A stretch of DNA of 64,000 bases from assembly GCF_009914755.1 (NCBI RefSeq), contig NC_060925.1. One strand, written 5' to 3'. The notes below the pieces were generated by a model, which did not search any database, was not told where the DNA came from, and saw nothing but the letters and a program-made list of their open reading frames with translations. Every line of letters begins with the position of its first letter. The first letter of the stretch is position 1. Positions 1-19,183 of the stretch are shown here, piece by piece. A program made the translations under genes and the position numbers. The stretch comes from the human T2T-CHM13v2.0 reference genome, Homo sapiens.

Positions 1-226
<226 letters not shown>

Positions 227-1200
227 CTAGGGAGGCAAGAGCTTCTCCTAAACAGGCACCTGAGGGGGAAGCTGTCCAACTGCACAGCATTAAGGCTCCA
301 TGGGCAGCAGGCACTGCCTCCTGCACAATACCAGCAAGATGGGTGAGCTTTCCTGATACTGGATCCTCTATCTCAAGGGGGTCCCCTAAGGGTCTCCCAT
401 ACACTTCTGATAACGATCCAGCTGGCTGGGCTCTGTGTGGTGGGAGAGACAGGGCATGCTTGGAGGGCCTCTCCCTGCCTCCTCTCCCACCACACTGGGG
501 ATAGTTTGTCACTTCAGGCCTCTAGGAGCCACGAGATGTAGAGTGGATAGGAGAACTGAGCATGCTCAGAGGAGGCTGCCCTTTAGAGGACACTGCAGAG
601 AAAAGATGAGGACACGGCCAGCTGCAGGGCTTGGTCCTGGTGCCAGGAAGGCCCAGGGCTCTAGAAACAGCAATGGGAGGTCAGCTCTCTCCTGTGGGAG
701 AAGAGGGGCAGCAAGAAGTCAGAGATTAGAAGAGGGAGGGCCCTCTGAGACCATCCAGTGCAACCCCTCTATTTTACAGATGCAAAGGATGAAGCCCAGA
801 GAGGGGACGGAACTTGGTTGACGTTACACAGCAAAGTGGTAGCAGAGCTGGCACACACACCCAGGATGGTCCACTCCAAAACTGGTCCTTGCTTGGAACA
901 TGGTGCCAACCCCCCCATTCCACTCCCACTTCTTTTTTTTAAACTACCTTCTATTGAGTGCCTCACTTTGATGCTCTGTATACTTCAATCACGATTCTCC
1001 TAGCAGCCCTCTGACACAGGGATCACCCTCCTCATTCTACAGCTGAGGAAACCGGGGCAGAGAGAAATGGTCTGACTCCAGAGCCATGGCCCCAACCATG
1101 CTGCCTGCAGCTCTGAGCCCCAGTTTTCTGGACCAAATGGTGGGTGTGGGGAGCAGGAGCCCTGGTTTATTGCCAGGTCTGTCACTCCTTTGCTGTGTGA

Positions 1201-1549
<349 letters not shown>

Positions 1550-2458
1550 TAAACTGCTGGTCTTTCTAAGATCCCTAGCAGTACCAGTGTGCCCTGGTTC
1601 TGTGTGTGCCTTGCAAGGAGAGAAGCAGGAGCTATTTGGCACCCTAGTAATGGGAAATGGAGCTCCACTGACAGCAGCTCCCCAGACTGGGTCTAGCCTG
1701 CAGGCCTCTGCTCAAAACCCATGTGCAATGCCTCAGGAGACACAGTGCAGCCCTCCAGCACATGCCACTGTGGGAAGGGAGAATTACTACGAAGCCCTGT
1801 GCCTTCTCATTTAGCCTCAGCAATGCCATGAGGTAGACACTACTGTTTCAATTTTCCAGTAGAGAAATTGAGGCTCAGAGCTTAATGAACTAGCTCAAAT
1901 GACACACAGCCAGGAAACAACCAAACTGGTATTTGATCCCAGAAGCCAAGCTCTGCCCTCAAGCCGGGCCTGGTTAACTGCTTCCTGCTGGCACTCTGGT
2001 CCTCAGGGCACAGGTTCTAGAGCCCACTGGTGATAAGCTGAGCACAAAGGGCCAAGGGCTCCAGGCAGGCTGAGAGGTTGCCTGCCTGCCTACTTGTCTG
2101 CCAACCAGTTCACCCCATAGAAGTGCCCCATGCCCAGGAAGGAGATAAGGAAGCCTTTGTCAGTGCCCACTTCCGCCTGGCCTGTGCTGGCTGCTGAGAC
2201 TGGGCAGGGCCCATCGTGTGATCCCACACATGGCACTGGCACAAGGTGTACATGCCTCCCTCCAGCAGGGCAGGGGAGATGCCTGGGGCAGCCAGAACTG
2301 GGGAAGCAGCCACCACTGGGCAGGACAAGGAGGGTCAAGAATTCAGGCAAGAGCCGTGGTTCTTTTTTCTTTTTTGCCACCCACCCCCAGACCATGGTTC
2401 TAACGAGCCCTGTCACGCAGCGTCCAGTTGAAATGGGGATGTTAATAATAATGATAGT

Positions 2459-3181
<723 letters not shown>

Positions 3182-4197
3182 TCAAAGAGGTAGGTGCTAT
3201 CACACCAATATCACAGATGAGGAAACTGAGGCTCAGAGAGGCTAGGTTACAGGGCCAAGCAGGACTCAAGCCCAGAAACTGACTCTAGAGCAGACAGGTA
3301 CTCATGCTCAACTACTTCCTCATACGAGCCACAGAGAAAATGATCTGGATGAGTATTTTCTCAATTCTCCAAAAGGAGGACATAACCACAGTTCTCCCAG
3401 AATGTTCAAAGGAGCAGGCTGGGGGCCTCAGTATAATGGTGACTGTTGTCATCAATGGAGAGGAAAGAACACTGTCCCTGAGCACCAGTCCCCATACTAC
3501 CCTCTTTCAGGAAGTGACACTCTGGGTCTCGGGTTTGCTCGGCCATATAATGAGGGGAATGGACTATGTGACCTCAAATGGCTCTTTTGCCCTGACTCCC
3601 TAGGATTCAAGGTCACCCGGTTCCACTGCTTTCTTGTGTGTGTGATCCTGGGTAAGTTAGTTACTCTCTCTGGACATCAGGGTCTTTATTTTTAAAATGA
3701 AGATGCCTCTCCCCTCCTCACAGGGTCAGGTGAGGACCACTCAAAATGATGAAGGCAGAGAGCCTAGCATAGGACCAGACAAAGCAAGTACTGAAACATG
3801 AGGTGGGGGTGCCTCCTACAATTAGAGCAGGACTTTTTCTCATCACTGTTCACTGCCACTGGAATGAGTGTCACTCCATGACCTCATCCTGAAAGCAGAT
3901 ACCAGGGCTGGCAGTCCCTCCCCAACTCCCACCCTAGGCCAACAGGGCACTTTCGGACAGCCCCGCCTGGCTCCCTGATTATCATTGCCACAGTGCTTGC
4001 TTAATGAGCTGTGGCTCCAGGGAAGGGCGGACGCTGGAGCACCAGGAGCCATTTCCACTGCCTGGTACCTGGTACTGCACTGTGACGTGGTAGCTAAACA
4101 CCCGGGAGAGTGGGACCCACCTGGCCCCGTACCATGGAAATCTTATCATGCCAAATGCTTCCTGGGAGGGAGCAGGGTGGGTGAGGCAAAGGCCTAG

Positions 4198-6505
<2,308 letters not shown>

Positions 6506-6809
6506 AGATTAACATTTTTTATGAAAAAGTGGTTCACACCACTGTAGAGAAAAGCCCAGGATGAACTATTCAGAGTGCTCGGCCCGAGAAGCAAGGGAGT
6601 AAAAGGGGTATAACTTGCATTTTTCTTCTTTATATACTTAAGCAGTGTTTGATTTTTTTTTTTATTTCTTCCTTTTTTCTGGAAAAAAAAAAAAAAAAAA
6701 AAAATCTGGAGGGAAAATGTTCTGAGCACCTGCTCTCTGAGTCAAAATTCAGTACTAAACACTTTACTGTCACAGATTATTTCATTTAATTCTCACAAAA
6801 CCCTACGGA

Positions 6810-7100
6810 GTACAAGAATGCTCAGAGCAGCTTTATTCACAATTGTCAAAAAAAGGGAACCAATCCAAAAGCCCATCAACAGGAGAGTGAGCCAACTGTG
6901 GTGTATTCATACGAGGCAACACCGAACAGCAATAAAATGAACAAACCTCTGGTACATGTGACAGTGAAGAGGAATCTCACAGATAGGCTGAGCAAAAGCA
7001 GCCAGACACACAAGAGTACCTATGATTCCATTCAGATGAAGTTCAAGAACAGGTAAGATCAACTGATGATGATCCAAGTCAGAACTGTGGTTACCCCAGA
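6810..7100 (+). mobile_element. Old L1M 3' fragment
   Basis: GCAGCTTTATTCACAAT, CCCATCAACAGGAG, GAATCTCACAGA, AGCCAGACACA and TATGATTCCATT are typical of L1M 3' ends. Confidence 0.7.
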
Positions 7101-10100
7101 ATTATCTGCAGAAAAATGACACAGGTCAGATAATCAGCCTACAGGCATATAGCAGGCAGGTAGTAGAGCTGGGATTCAGACAGGTCTGTTGGACTCTGCA
7201 GTCTCTATTGGCCCCTGACTGCCCAGAAGGATGCCTTGAATCTCCACCTGCAGAGCCTTCTGGGCCCCTCTAGAGGCAGTCTCGCTCCTGGCTTCAGATG
7301 TGGGGACCCCCTTATCCTCAGCGCTAAGCACACATCCCTGTGGTTCAGTCACTAAGGGAAGCCTGGCTCTCCAGAAGCCTCAGCTCATGGAGAACTGCTG
7401 CTTAACTAGCAAGGGGACAGCAGCCAGGTCCACGACTCAAGCTCTGGGTCTGCTGGGAGCAGGGGGCAGGAGGAGGACTGCTCTGTGCCAAGGGAGGATG
7501 CCCAGTGCACACTCACCACTCCTAACTAGCCCTGGCCCACAATAAGGGAATTTCCAAGCAGAGCTGGGCCTGGGCTTGGCCCCGCCCACTGGGCCACACT
7601 GCCTCACACTTTCCCCAGCTCTTGTTGACCCAGAAAAGTCAGACCCTGCCAGTCACCCTAACCCCTCTCCTCAACCGAGGATAAGACCGGAGTTTTGAGG
7701 GACTCAGCTCCCCCAGAAGCACCTGCATCTTCCTGCTCTAAATTCCCAGCCCTGCCCAGGCTTCCCTCCCTCCCCTCTGAAGGGAGCCACCACCTGCTGC
7801 TTGGCACGGATACCCCTCTCCGGCTACATCCTCTCCACTCTCCCCTCAACTCCTACACAATCCCCGTCCCAAACAATTTCCTGCAGTTTCCCATCTGATC
7901 AGTTTCTTAGGAAGGATAATTATCCATGGAAGGAGGAGGCGGAAAATTCCCAGAGCCAAGAACACTGGGGGAAAAGCTTCATCTAGTCCCTTCTCCATCA
8001 GCCAGGAGAGCCCTCATCCTAAACACAGGCCAGTCATGGTCATGGCTCCTCCAGAACCTCTGCAGTTCCCCCATCTTCAGGAAAGAGCCCACACTTCTCT
8101 GCATTGAATCCAAGGCCCTCTTGATCTGTTCTAACTTAGGTTTGGGCCTCGTTGCCATTCCATTGTAAGTGGTAGTGCCAGATGGAGCCCCATCTGCCCC
8201 CAGGGCCCACCTGCAACGTGCTGTGTCCCTGCGGCACTTCAGCCTGCCTTGTGTTTTAGTTGTTTACATGTCTGTCTCCCACACACAAGTGTCAGTGCCA
8301 GCGCTTCCAGGGTGGGAACCACCAACCACGCAACTGTGTCTGCTGCATGGTAGGTGCTCAGAGGCAGGCTGAAAAGAAAGTGGGACAGGCAGGAGGCCGC
8401 CTCACCTCTGCGGAGGGAACGATGTGGGAAGAAGGACCACTTATAGCATCACAGGAGAGCCTGGACTAGAGGTCGGGGAGCTGAGCTCAATGCAGCTCTG
8501 TGGCCCTTAAGCAAGTCACTTCCGCCCTGGCCTCTGCTTCCTCTGTGAGCTGAGGGGGATGGGCCGGGCTCTGTCATCATGTCAGACATTTAGAAGCCCT
8601 TACTGCTAGGTGCTCGCCTCAGCATTCTCATTTAACCTCCACACCTTTGCACATGGGGACCACAAAGTTGCAAGTGGGGGAGGGGGGTTTCAGTCCTGGT
8701 CTTTTGATTCCCTAACCCCTTATCTTCTCCTCCTGGACTTCTGCAGTCTCTAGGATCCCTCCCAGTGCTAAAGTCTGGTTCTGATTCTAGGTCTGCCCTT
8801 TCCTGACCTGACAACTCCCCAGGCCACGACCATAGGGTTCAGCAGGGAACACGCATGTCCAACCCTGGTGTTCAGCAATGCCACGCCTCCCACATGACAG
8901 GTCTGGTGACTGTTTGCCTGCAGGCGCTGAGGCTCAGCAAGGGAGGGGTGGCCAGCAGGAGTCCAGCAGAGCCTGGTGCCCACTCAGCCCCTCCCTCCCC
9001 AATGTGCCCCTGACTCCACGCCCACTCTGCTCCAGCGTCCTGCTCGCCCCTCCCTGCTAGCAGCTCTCCTAGGCTGGAGCTTCCATCCCACTGCTGGCTT
9101 GGCCAGTGGTGCCTGTCGGGAAGCTTTACTCTGTTGCCCTCATAGACCCAGCTTGAGCTGCTGGCAGGCAGGACACTGAGTGGGGCCAGCCCAGGGCCTG
9201 AGCCGACTCTATCGCACTCCCAGGCTGTCCGCACATCCCTCCCCAGGTCAGACCATGTCATGCTACTCAAGAGCCTTTGATGGTGCCACACAGCACCATG
9301 AATCCTAGCCCCAGGCCCACGGGCCTGGCATGATCTGGCCCCTGCCCTCTTCTCCATTCTCACACCATGCTTCCCCTCTTCCCCCGCACTTCAGGTTCCT
9401 CAAGCACACCCCCCTCAGGGGCCCTGGTCTTTGGAAGATGAGCTCTTCTTGTCCTTTGGGTCTCAGCTCAGACACCAGCTCCTTAGAGAACCCTTGCTGG
9501 CCATCCAGCAGCCCCACCTCTCCCTCATGTCTGCCTTCTTCAGGACACTTACCACTACCTGACACTGCTTTGTCCACATCCAATGCTCCATGCTGGCATG
9601 GGAGCCCCCTGACATCAGGAGCCTCTTCTGTCTTGTTCCTGGCTGTGTCCTCAGATCCAGAATAGTGTCTGACATGGGGGTAGAGGCAGCTGGTGGGGCG
9701 TGTGCTGCCCGTTAGACTGGACAGTCAGGGAGGCCTCTCTGAAGAGATGACGTTTGATCTAGGGCCTGAAGGAGAGCACCGGCGCGAGGCAGTCTATGGG
9801 CAGTGCTCCAGGCTGGGGATCGAGCAAATGCCACAGCTGTATGGAGGAACAGGCCTGGCAAGGCAGATGTGCGTTAGGGACACAGGAAGGCCGGTGCGAC
9901 TGGAACAGGGAAAGGGTAGTGGGGCATGAAGTGGAGAAAGGGGTGGGCCACACTTTCCTTGCATTTTCTCCCAAGTTCATCAGGAAGCATTTGAAAGGTT
10001 TTCAGCAGGGGAAACACCATGCTCTGGTTTACAGGTCTCAAAGCTCCCTGCGGCTGCTCTGGGGAGAGCTGCCTGCAGGCAGACAGCAGTGGAGCCGCAA

Positions 10101-10954
10101 GACCATTCAGGAGGCCCGGGAATCACCCGGGTTGGAGAAGATGGAGTGAAGAGGCAAGCCTTTGACAGGTGTGGTTGTGTTTGCCACCAGTCTGAGGAGC
10201 CCTGGCCAAGTCTACACCCCTCTGGAGTTCCAGATGCTTCATCCAGCCCCGCCCACCTACTGTCTTATTTCTCACTGACTCCTCACCCAGACTTTTCCTG
10301 CAGCTGGCTGGGCTCCCCAACAAGTGCCTGCCCATACCTAGTACTCAGAGCCTGCAAAGAGCCTTAACCGGTGTCACGGCCATTGCCTGATTGGTCACCT
10401 TCCCTCCCTCTTAGAAGGGTCTGGTGAAGGTGTCTGCACAAAGATCTCTGCTCCATGTTCATTCCAGCCACATTTCTCCCCTTCCTAAAGGTCTCCTGTT
10501 CTTTGAGGCAACAGCACAGCAATCCTCGAGCACTTAATTATTCCCTGTTTCACTTTCCTAAAGTAGCTGTAAGCTAAATAAAGCTAGATACCATGACTCG
10601 CACCCTTCGGGGCCGTCACATAGTGCAGAAGGCAATGATGCACTATGCGAAGCCCTGAGCACAAAGCCAGGCACTGGCAGGGTCTCAGTAAGTGGTAGGT
10701 AGCTCTGTCCTCACTGCCTATACCAGGGCGACAGCCATCACAGGTGCTCAGTGCCCCACAGGTGCAGTTAGCTTCTCTGCCCAGCAAAACAGGTGAGTGA
10801 GGCGTGTTTGGGGGTGAGGTGGAAGGGTTGGAAACATCCCAATGAGTTTTAGAAGCAAAGGTCAATGGTTCTGCATGATCTGTGGCTCTGTGTCATTCAC
10901 ATCTCTGTGCCCTTCTCCAGTTCTCCCCTCTATGTGAGCTAAGCACACTCATTG

Positions 10955-11304
<350 letters not shown>

Positions 11305-11982
11305 TGACCCACCCACCTCCACTCCTCCCTCCCGCACACCCACAGCTCTGCAGGCTCCTGCTGCAGCACTTCACAGCACATCACAAGTGCCTGTTTACAT
11401 GCCAGCCTCTCCCTTGAGGCTGGGATTATATTTATCCATCTTTCCATCTTCAGTACAGTATTTATCAGCACGAATCCATTTGCTGAACATGTGTCTCCCC
11501 ACCTCCCAACTAAAGAACGAGCTCAGACAATTCAGCTAATGGTCTCATTTGCACCCCTAACCTCAGTACTCAGCTCACCCCAATGCCCTCCAGTCCATAT
11601 ACCTAAAACCATCCTCCAGTGCTTGACCCCACCCTCACCTCTTCCTTTAAGGCTCCAGGAATAGTAGCAACTCCCATTAGTGAGCACTTACAATGTGCTC
11701 AGGGCTTTACAGACATCACCCCCCTTTAGACTGGGGAAACTGAGGCTCAGACAGGGTGATGTAGCTTAAAAAGGGCACACCTTTTCCCCTTAATACTGGC
11801 ATCACTCACCTAGCACTTATCATAGCTGGGACTATTTTTAAAACCATCATCTGTTCTGCAAAATTGAGTGCTTTTATAGCTACACATCAAGTTGTCATAC
11901 AAAATCACCCTTTGCTCATTAAATGTTTCAGACGATCAGTCTTGCTACTCCAGCTAGGTGGGGTAACATAACATAAATGTTA

Positions 11983-12421
<439 letters not shown>

Positions 12422-15400
12422 CTACAAAGTAGTAGAGCTGAGATTTGAACCCAGGTCTGTCAAGCTGCAAAGCTTGTTTTTCTAACCACCATGCCTGTGG
12501 GCATGTTTCCAAAGGGAACTGCTCTGGGACATTCTTCTGCAATCCAGAGGTTCTGCCCCAAGTAGAAGCTTCTGGCTGTGCCCAGTGAGATTTCATTCAA
12601 GTATCTCATCTAAATCCTACATATACTTCAAGGCCTAGCTCAGTGGTCACTTGCACAGCCTACTGGGATCTTCCCAGGTACGAAGTTCTCTCTCCCACCT
12701 CTAAACTCCCGTAGAATTCCATCTGCACTTCAAATCACACCCCCTTTCTACTGTCTGACTGTTTTGCATCTGTACCGCATTTCTCAAACAAGTCGTTGAG
12801 CTTGGTAAAAGAAGCAGTTCTCATGCATCTCTGCACCTTCCACCAGCCAGGCAGGCAGTGCTCAGTCAGGGAAGCGGGTGGGGTAGGGTGCCTGCTCCCC
12901 TCCCCCATCTTGCTGTAACCTGAGTCTTAGGCTTTGCCCAGTTAGGTGAGTTGGCCCCGCCTCATGCTGGCATAACGCCTACCTGGTACAGCATCCAGAT
13001 TCCTGTGGGTCCTGGCCACCGGGGAGATAAGATCTTATTCCCTGGCTTGATGGCAAAGATGCTATAAAAAGCACAGCACCCAAGTTCAACATTGGCTTGT
13101 GATGGACTACACGACCTGAGGGATTCAATGGGTGAAGGCAGAAGCCTCTGGGCTGTCTCAGAGGTCCCAAGACCTGTACTTGGCTCCCCTGTAAGGACCA
13201 GTGTAAGGACCAATGGTTTCTCTGCCAAGGACAGCTCCCTAATAGATACCCCAGGAGGAAGCTGCCCTTCTTTAGGCTTAAAGGGCCCACTGGAAGAACT
13301 GAGGTTTGCCAATGCTACCAATATCCAAGCCAAAAACCACAGCCCCTCCTCTCGGTCCACTGTCCAGGTCTTACTGCCTAGGGACTCCTGAGTTAGTTAA
13401 CAGAGCAGGGAAGAAGACTGACTCTGCCATTAATTCACGAGTGGCCTGGGGCCAATCCTCTCTGGGCCTCAACTGGAAAAACAGAGAACTTGATCAAAAC
13501 ATCTCCATTTCCCTTTGGGCCTGGGGGTTACAAGCTATGATAAGGATTTTTCCATCTCTAACATTCTAGAATTAGAATATTCTATACTTTCATTCCTAGA
13601 AGCAGAGTGAGAACAGAGAACAGGGACCTTCAGTCCAGGAAACAGCAGAGGCCAGTCAGGGCTTCCTAGCTGCATCCTCAAAGCCTGTCCACCTTCAGAG
13701 GCTTTCTCTTGCGTCTGCTGCCTCAAAGGTGGTTGCTTCCCCACTAGCAGAGCCTCAGAGGTGTGCCTGGGCCCTAGCCGCTTTAGGGAAATGGGCAGGT
13801 GGCCTGAGTCACCTACTGTGTGTGAGCTGGGCTCACCATGGCAACCCAGCAGACCCAGAGGGCATAAAGAAGCCAGTACCTTCCCTGCTGCACAGTGTAG
13901 GCGGAGCATGTTGCATCTGCTTTGATTTCCAACTTAGAAAAGTTTTTCTCTACTTTAAGGACTCATTTCCCCTTCCCTTCTCTCAGGACACAGCTTACTC
14001 ACTCTGGGGTCCTTCTCCTTGCCTGGAAGGTATTCTGCAGTCCCACAGGCAAACCCCACTCATCCCAGAATTAAGTACCACCTCCTCCAAGGATTCATCC
14101 CAGACCAGTTAGTCCTCTACCCTTCTTCAAGTTCCCACCACACAAAAGGCAGAAGCTCTTAACCTTCAGAATCTGTGGCTTACACACTGACAATCAACTG
14201 TGTAAAAAAAAAAAAAAAAAAAAAAAAATCTGAGTCTATCATGGGCCTTCTCCCTTGATAAAATCACATATATACAACTGTCTGCAGACTATTTTGGGAG
14301 CTCCACAAACTTTATCATGGACTCAGAAACAATCTTAGAAACCTAGATCCTAGAACAACAGATCATCCAGTCCATCCTCTCACCTACACCAGAATCCCTT
14401 AGCAACCCCTCCTGAATGATGTTCCTCTTCTACCCCTGGCCCACCTCTCAAGGCCGCCTCCTTCAAGAAGCTTCCCTCATCTCTCCTCTCCTCTGATTCC
14501 CCCAAGCATCCAGCCTGAACCACACAATTTCCCACCTGTGCTTTCTCCCTTGTATGTTGTCTCACTTCCCCAGCAAGAAAGCTGACTCCCTGTGGGCTCA
14601 TTTCTTCAACCTTGTAACCCTCAGCTGGACTTAGAGATGACCGTGATCTGTACTTGTACAAAGCCCTGTGCTTTGAAGCCAGGGCTCAATGACAGCACTG
14701 GCCCACTCCCAAAGGATAGAGCTGTGGAATTCCCCATCTGAGGGCCTCACAGTCTGCTTAGGCCTCAACGGAACAGAGGCTTCCCTGGAATGACCGCCTT
14801 TCCCACAGGACAGCCCCAGAGAGCCCTTCAAGATGAAATCGACAGATAGGGAAACTAAGGCCCAGGAAGGCAAACATAGCTTAGCAAAGGTCAATATGCA
14901 GGAAAGAGGCGAGCTAGGACTAAGACCCAGGTCCCCAGTTACCAGCCTAGAGCTCGTTTCCTTTATGCAATGGCTTTATGAAAACTAAATTTGCCTTGCA
15001 TGCACACACACTCACATACTCAATATATACATGGAGAATTTCTAAAAAAGATGGACAAGACAGTTAACAGTGGTAACCTCTGGAATGTATGACAGTGGGG
15101 GTGGTCAGAGAAGTAATGAGGGGGACTTTTCCCTTTCACCTCAATACCCTCTGTACTGTTGGGTTTTATTTTTGTTGTTTTGTTTTTACCATTGACATGT
15201 TTTATTTATTCATATTATAAAAATAAATCTGCCATAGAAAGGAGATTCTGGCCCAGCCCACCCATTCCCAACACACATTAAAGCAAAGAGAAGCCATAAG
15301 TAAATCTGTCCAGGTACAACTATAAATTAACAAGATTGCCTTCTTGTATGGTTTAAAGCCACTGGTCTCATTAATTCACAGTCACAGTGCAGTTTACGGC

Positions 15401-15841
15401 TTGAGGAATCTTCCCAGGAAAAGCTTAATTCAATTAGGGCTCTCGGCAGCTCCCCAAGGAAGCTCTGGTATCTTACTTTTACTTACACAAATTGAGGGCA
15501 GACCAAACAGATCCAGATCTTCCCAGAGAGACCCCACCCGGCCCAGAGAGGATGCCCTTGCAGACCCTCCATTAGAGCCAAGCCGAGGGAGGTGGCCAAG
15601 GCAGCACCACTTAAACACTGGCTGGCGCCTAAGGCATCATTCTGTGAGTGTCGCTCCCAGCGAGCTCAGTTAAACTCCTTGGCTTGGCAGTCTGGTGCCA
15701 AGGAGCCTCTGCAACCTTTGCTCTCCCTCCTCTCTGAGCAGTCAAACTGGTTTCTTGTCTGCCCCAGGGCTTTGCAGGGATCCTATCTTTACACTGAAGT
15801 CAATCACATATTCATTCATGTATTCCTTCCCCAAATATTTA

Positions 15842-16250
<409 letters not shown>

Positions 16251-17787
16251 AAGTGAACAAACAAAGTCCCTGTCCTCAAGAGGCTTACATTCTTATGGAA
16301 ATTGGTACTAAGTATAGCCTGCTTATCTAATTCCTTTCCATCCTTCAAGACTCAGACTAATGTTCCACCTCCTTTGAGAGGCTTTCTCTAAACACCCCAG
16401 TCCTCAGGGACTGCTTGCTCCCTCTGTACTTTGCCTCTGCCAGGAGTCCGCCCAGCCCTGGCAGGCTGGAAGCTCCTAAAGAGCAGGGCCTGGGTTTACT
16501 CTTCTTTTGTTCCTTGATGGCCATATGCTAAATGCCTGCTAGCTGATTTCAGCTGACCTGCCTCTTCCACCCAGGATCTTAGCGAGCTGCTCTTGGTCCT
16601 GGCTGGCTGATGCAAAGACACAGCCTCTTCCAGCTTCACTTGGCATACAGCAAATGCTATGCAAGTGTTAGCTATTTATTGGTTTAGTGAACTTGTGGGC
16701 TCTAACACACAGCTGTGATATCACTCCTCCGCCTTCTGTGGCCTGGTCTCAAACAGGCTCAGCACTGTGGCAAGGCCAGTCTGGGCTTAGGGGTAAGTGC
16801 TTCCCAAGGGACAGGGAAGGGGGCCTGGGAAGGAACAGAGCTTTTCATCCTGAATCTCAGTTAGAACTGCTTAAGGACATATCTTTTCAGGAAAGAATTT
16901 GCTGGGGTAATTTGGGGGGAACTCTGGATTCTTGGCAAGTAGTATAAAAACTCAGGGCTCAGGTCTGGCCTAATAGACCCCAAAATCGGCTCTGTATATT
17001 AGATGAGCTTTAGGGGGAAGAAAATGAAGTCAGCATGATCCCAGGGAAGGCGGGCAGCCCACTGATCCAGGCCCAACCCAAAACTTAGTTCAGTTAAAAT
17101 TAGATTAGCCCATAAGATTAAAATACCAACATATAATCACGGGCTGCTTTAAAGTATCAGTTGATGTTTATCGGCATCTAAAGAGACAGTTTGGCCCAGT
17201 GCAGTGTGTGCAGACAACCTTGGGGAGACATGCCTGACTCAGACATTTGCAGGGGGAGCGAGTGCTGCAAAATGAGGCCCACACAGGCGATGGATGACTC
17301 AGGAATAACCCAGGTCCTGGGTGTGCTGAGCGAGCCTTCTCTCCCTGCCTCAGGAGGAAAGGGGGCAGGTGGGAGAGGCGGTGAGGAGGAAAGGAGGCTG
17401 TGTATGGGCTGGCATTCCCAGAGACAGCCTCAGGCCCCCAGCTCTAGTTCCCCGTCACTCCTGTATTTTTCTGCATGCTGCCACCTCTGAGAAAGGTTAT
17501 TTGCTTCACAGTGGGACTTGGAGTGGGTCAGCTTTTTCCCCAAACCCAAGAAGTGATCCACAGAAAGCAGCCAAGGCTCAAAATACTAAAGTCTTTAAAT
17601 CTCCCCCAATTCAAAATGATTATGGGAAAAATTGAATTTCTAAACTGAAAAGGCCCTTGGAATCAGGGCATGAGGATGAAAAGAACACAGGCTCTGAAGT
17701 CAGACAAATCTGGGCTTAAACCCCAATGTTTTCTAGCTGTGCAAGTACCTTTCACAACCTCTAAACTAGATATGAATAAGTGGCAGC

Positions 17788-19183
<1,396 letters not shown>

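Noticed and set aside
10375-10400. Possible ERSE (CCAAT-N9-CCACG)
   Set aside because: CCAAT is present on the minus strand but the CCACG half is not.
13190-13212. TGTAAGGACCA direct repeat
   Set aside because: Only two short units; an ordinary microduplication.
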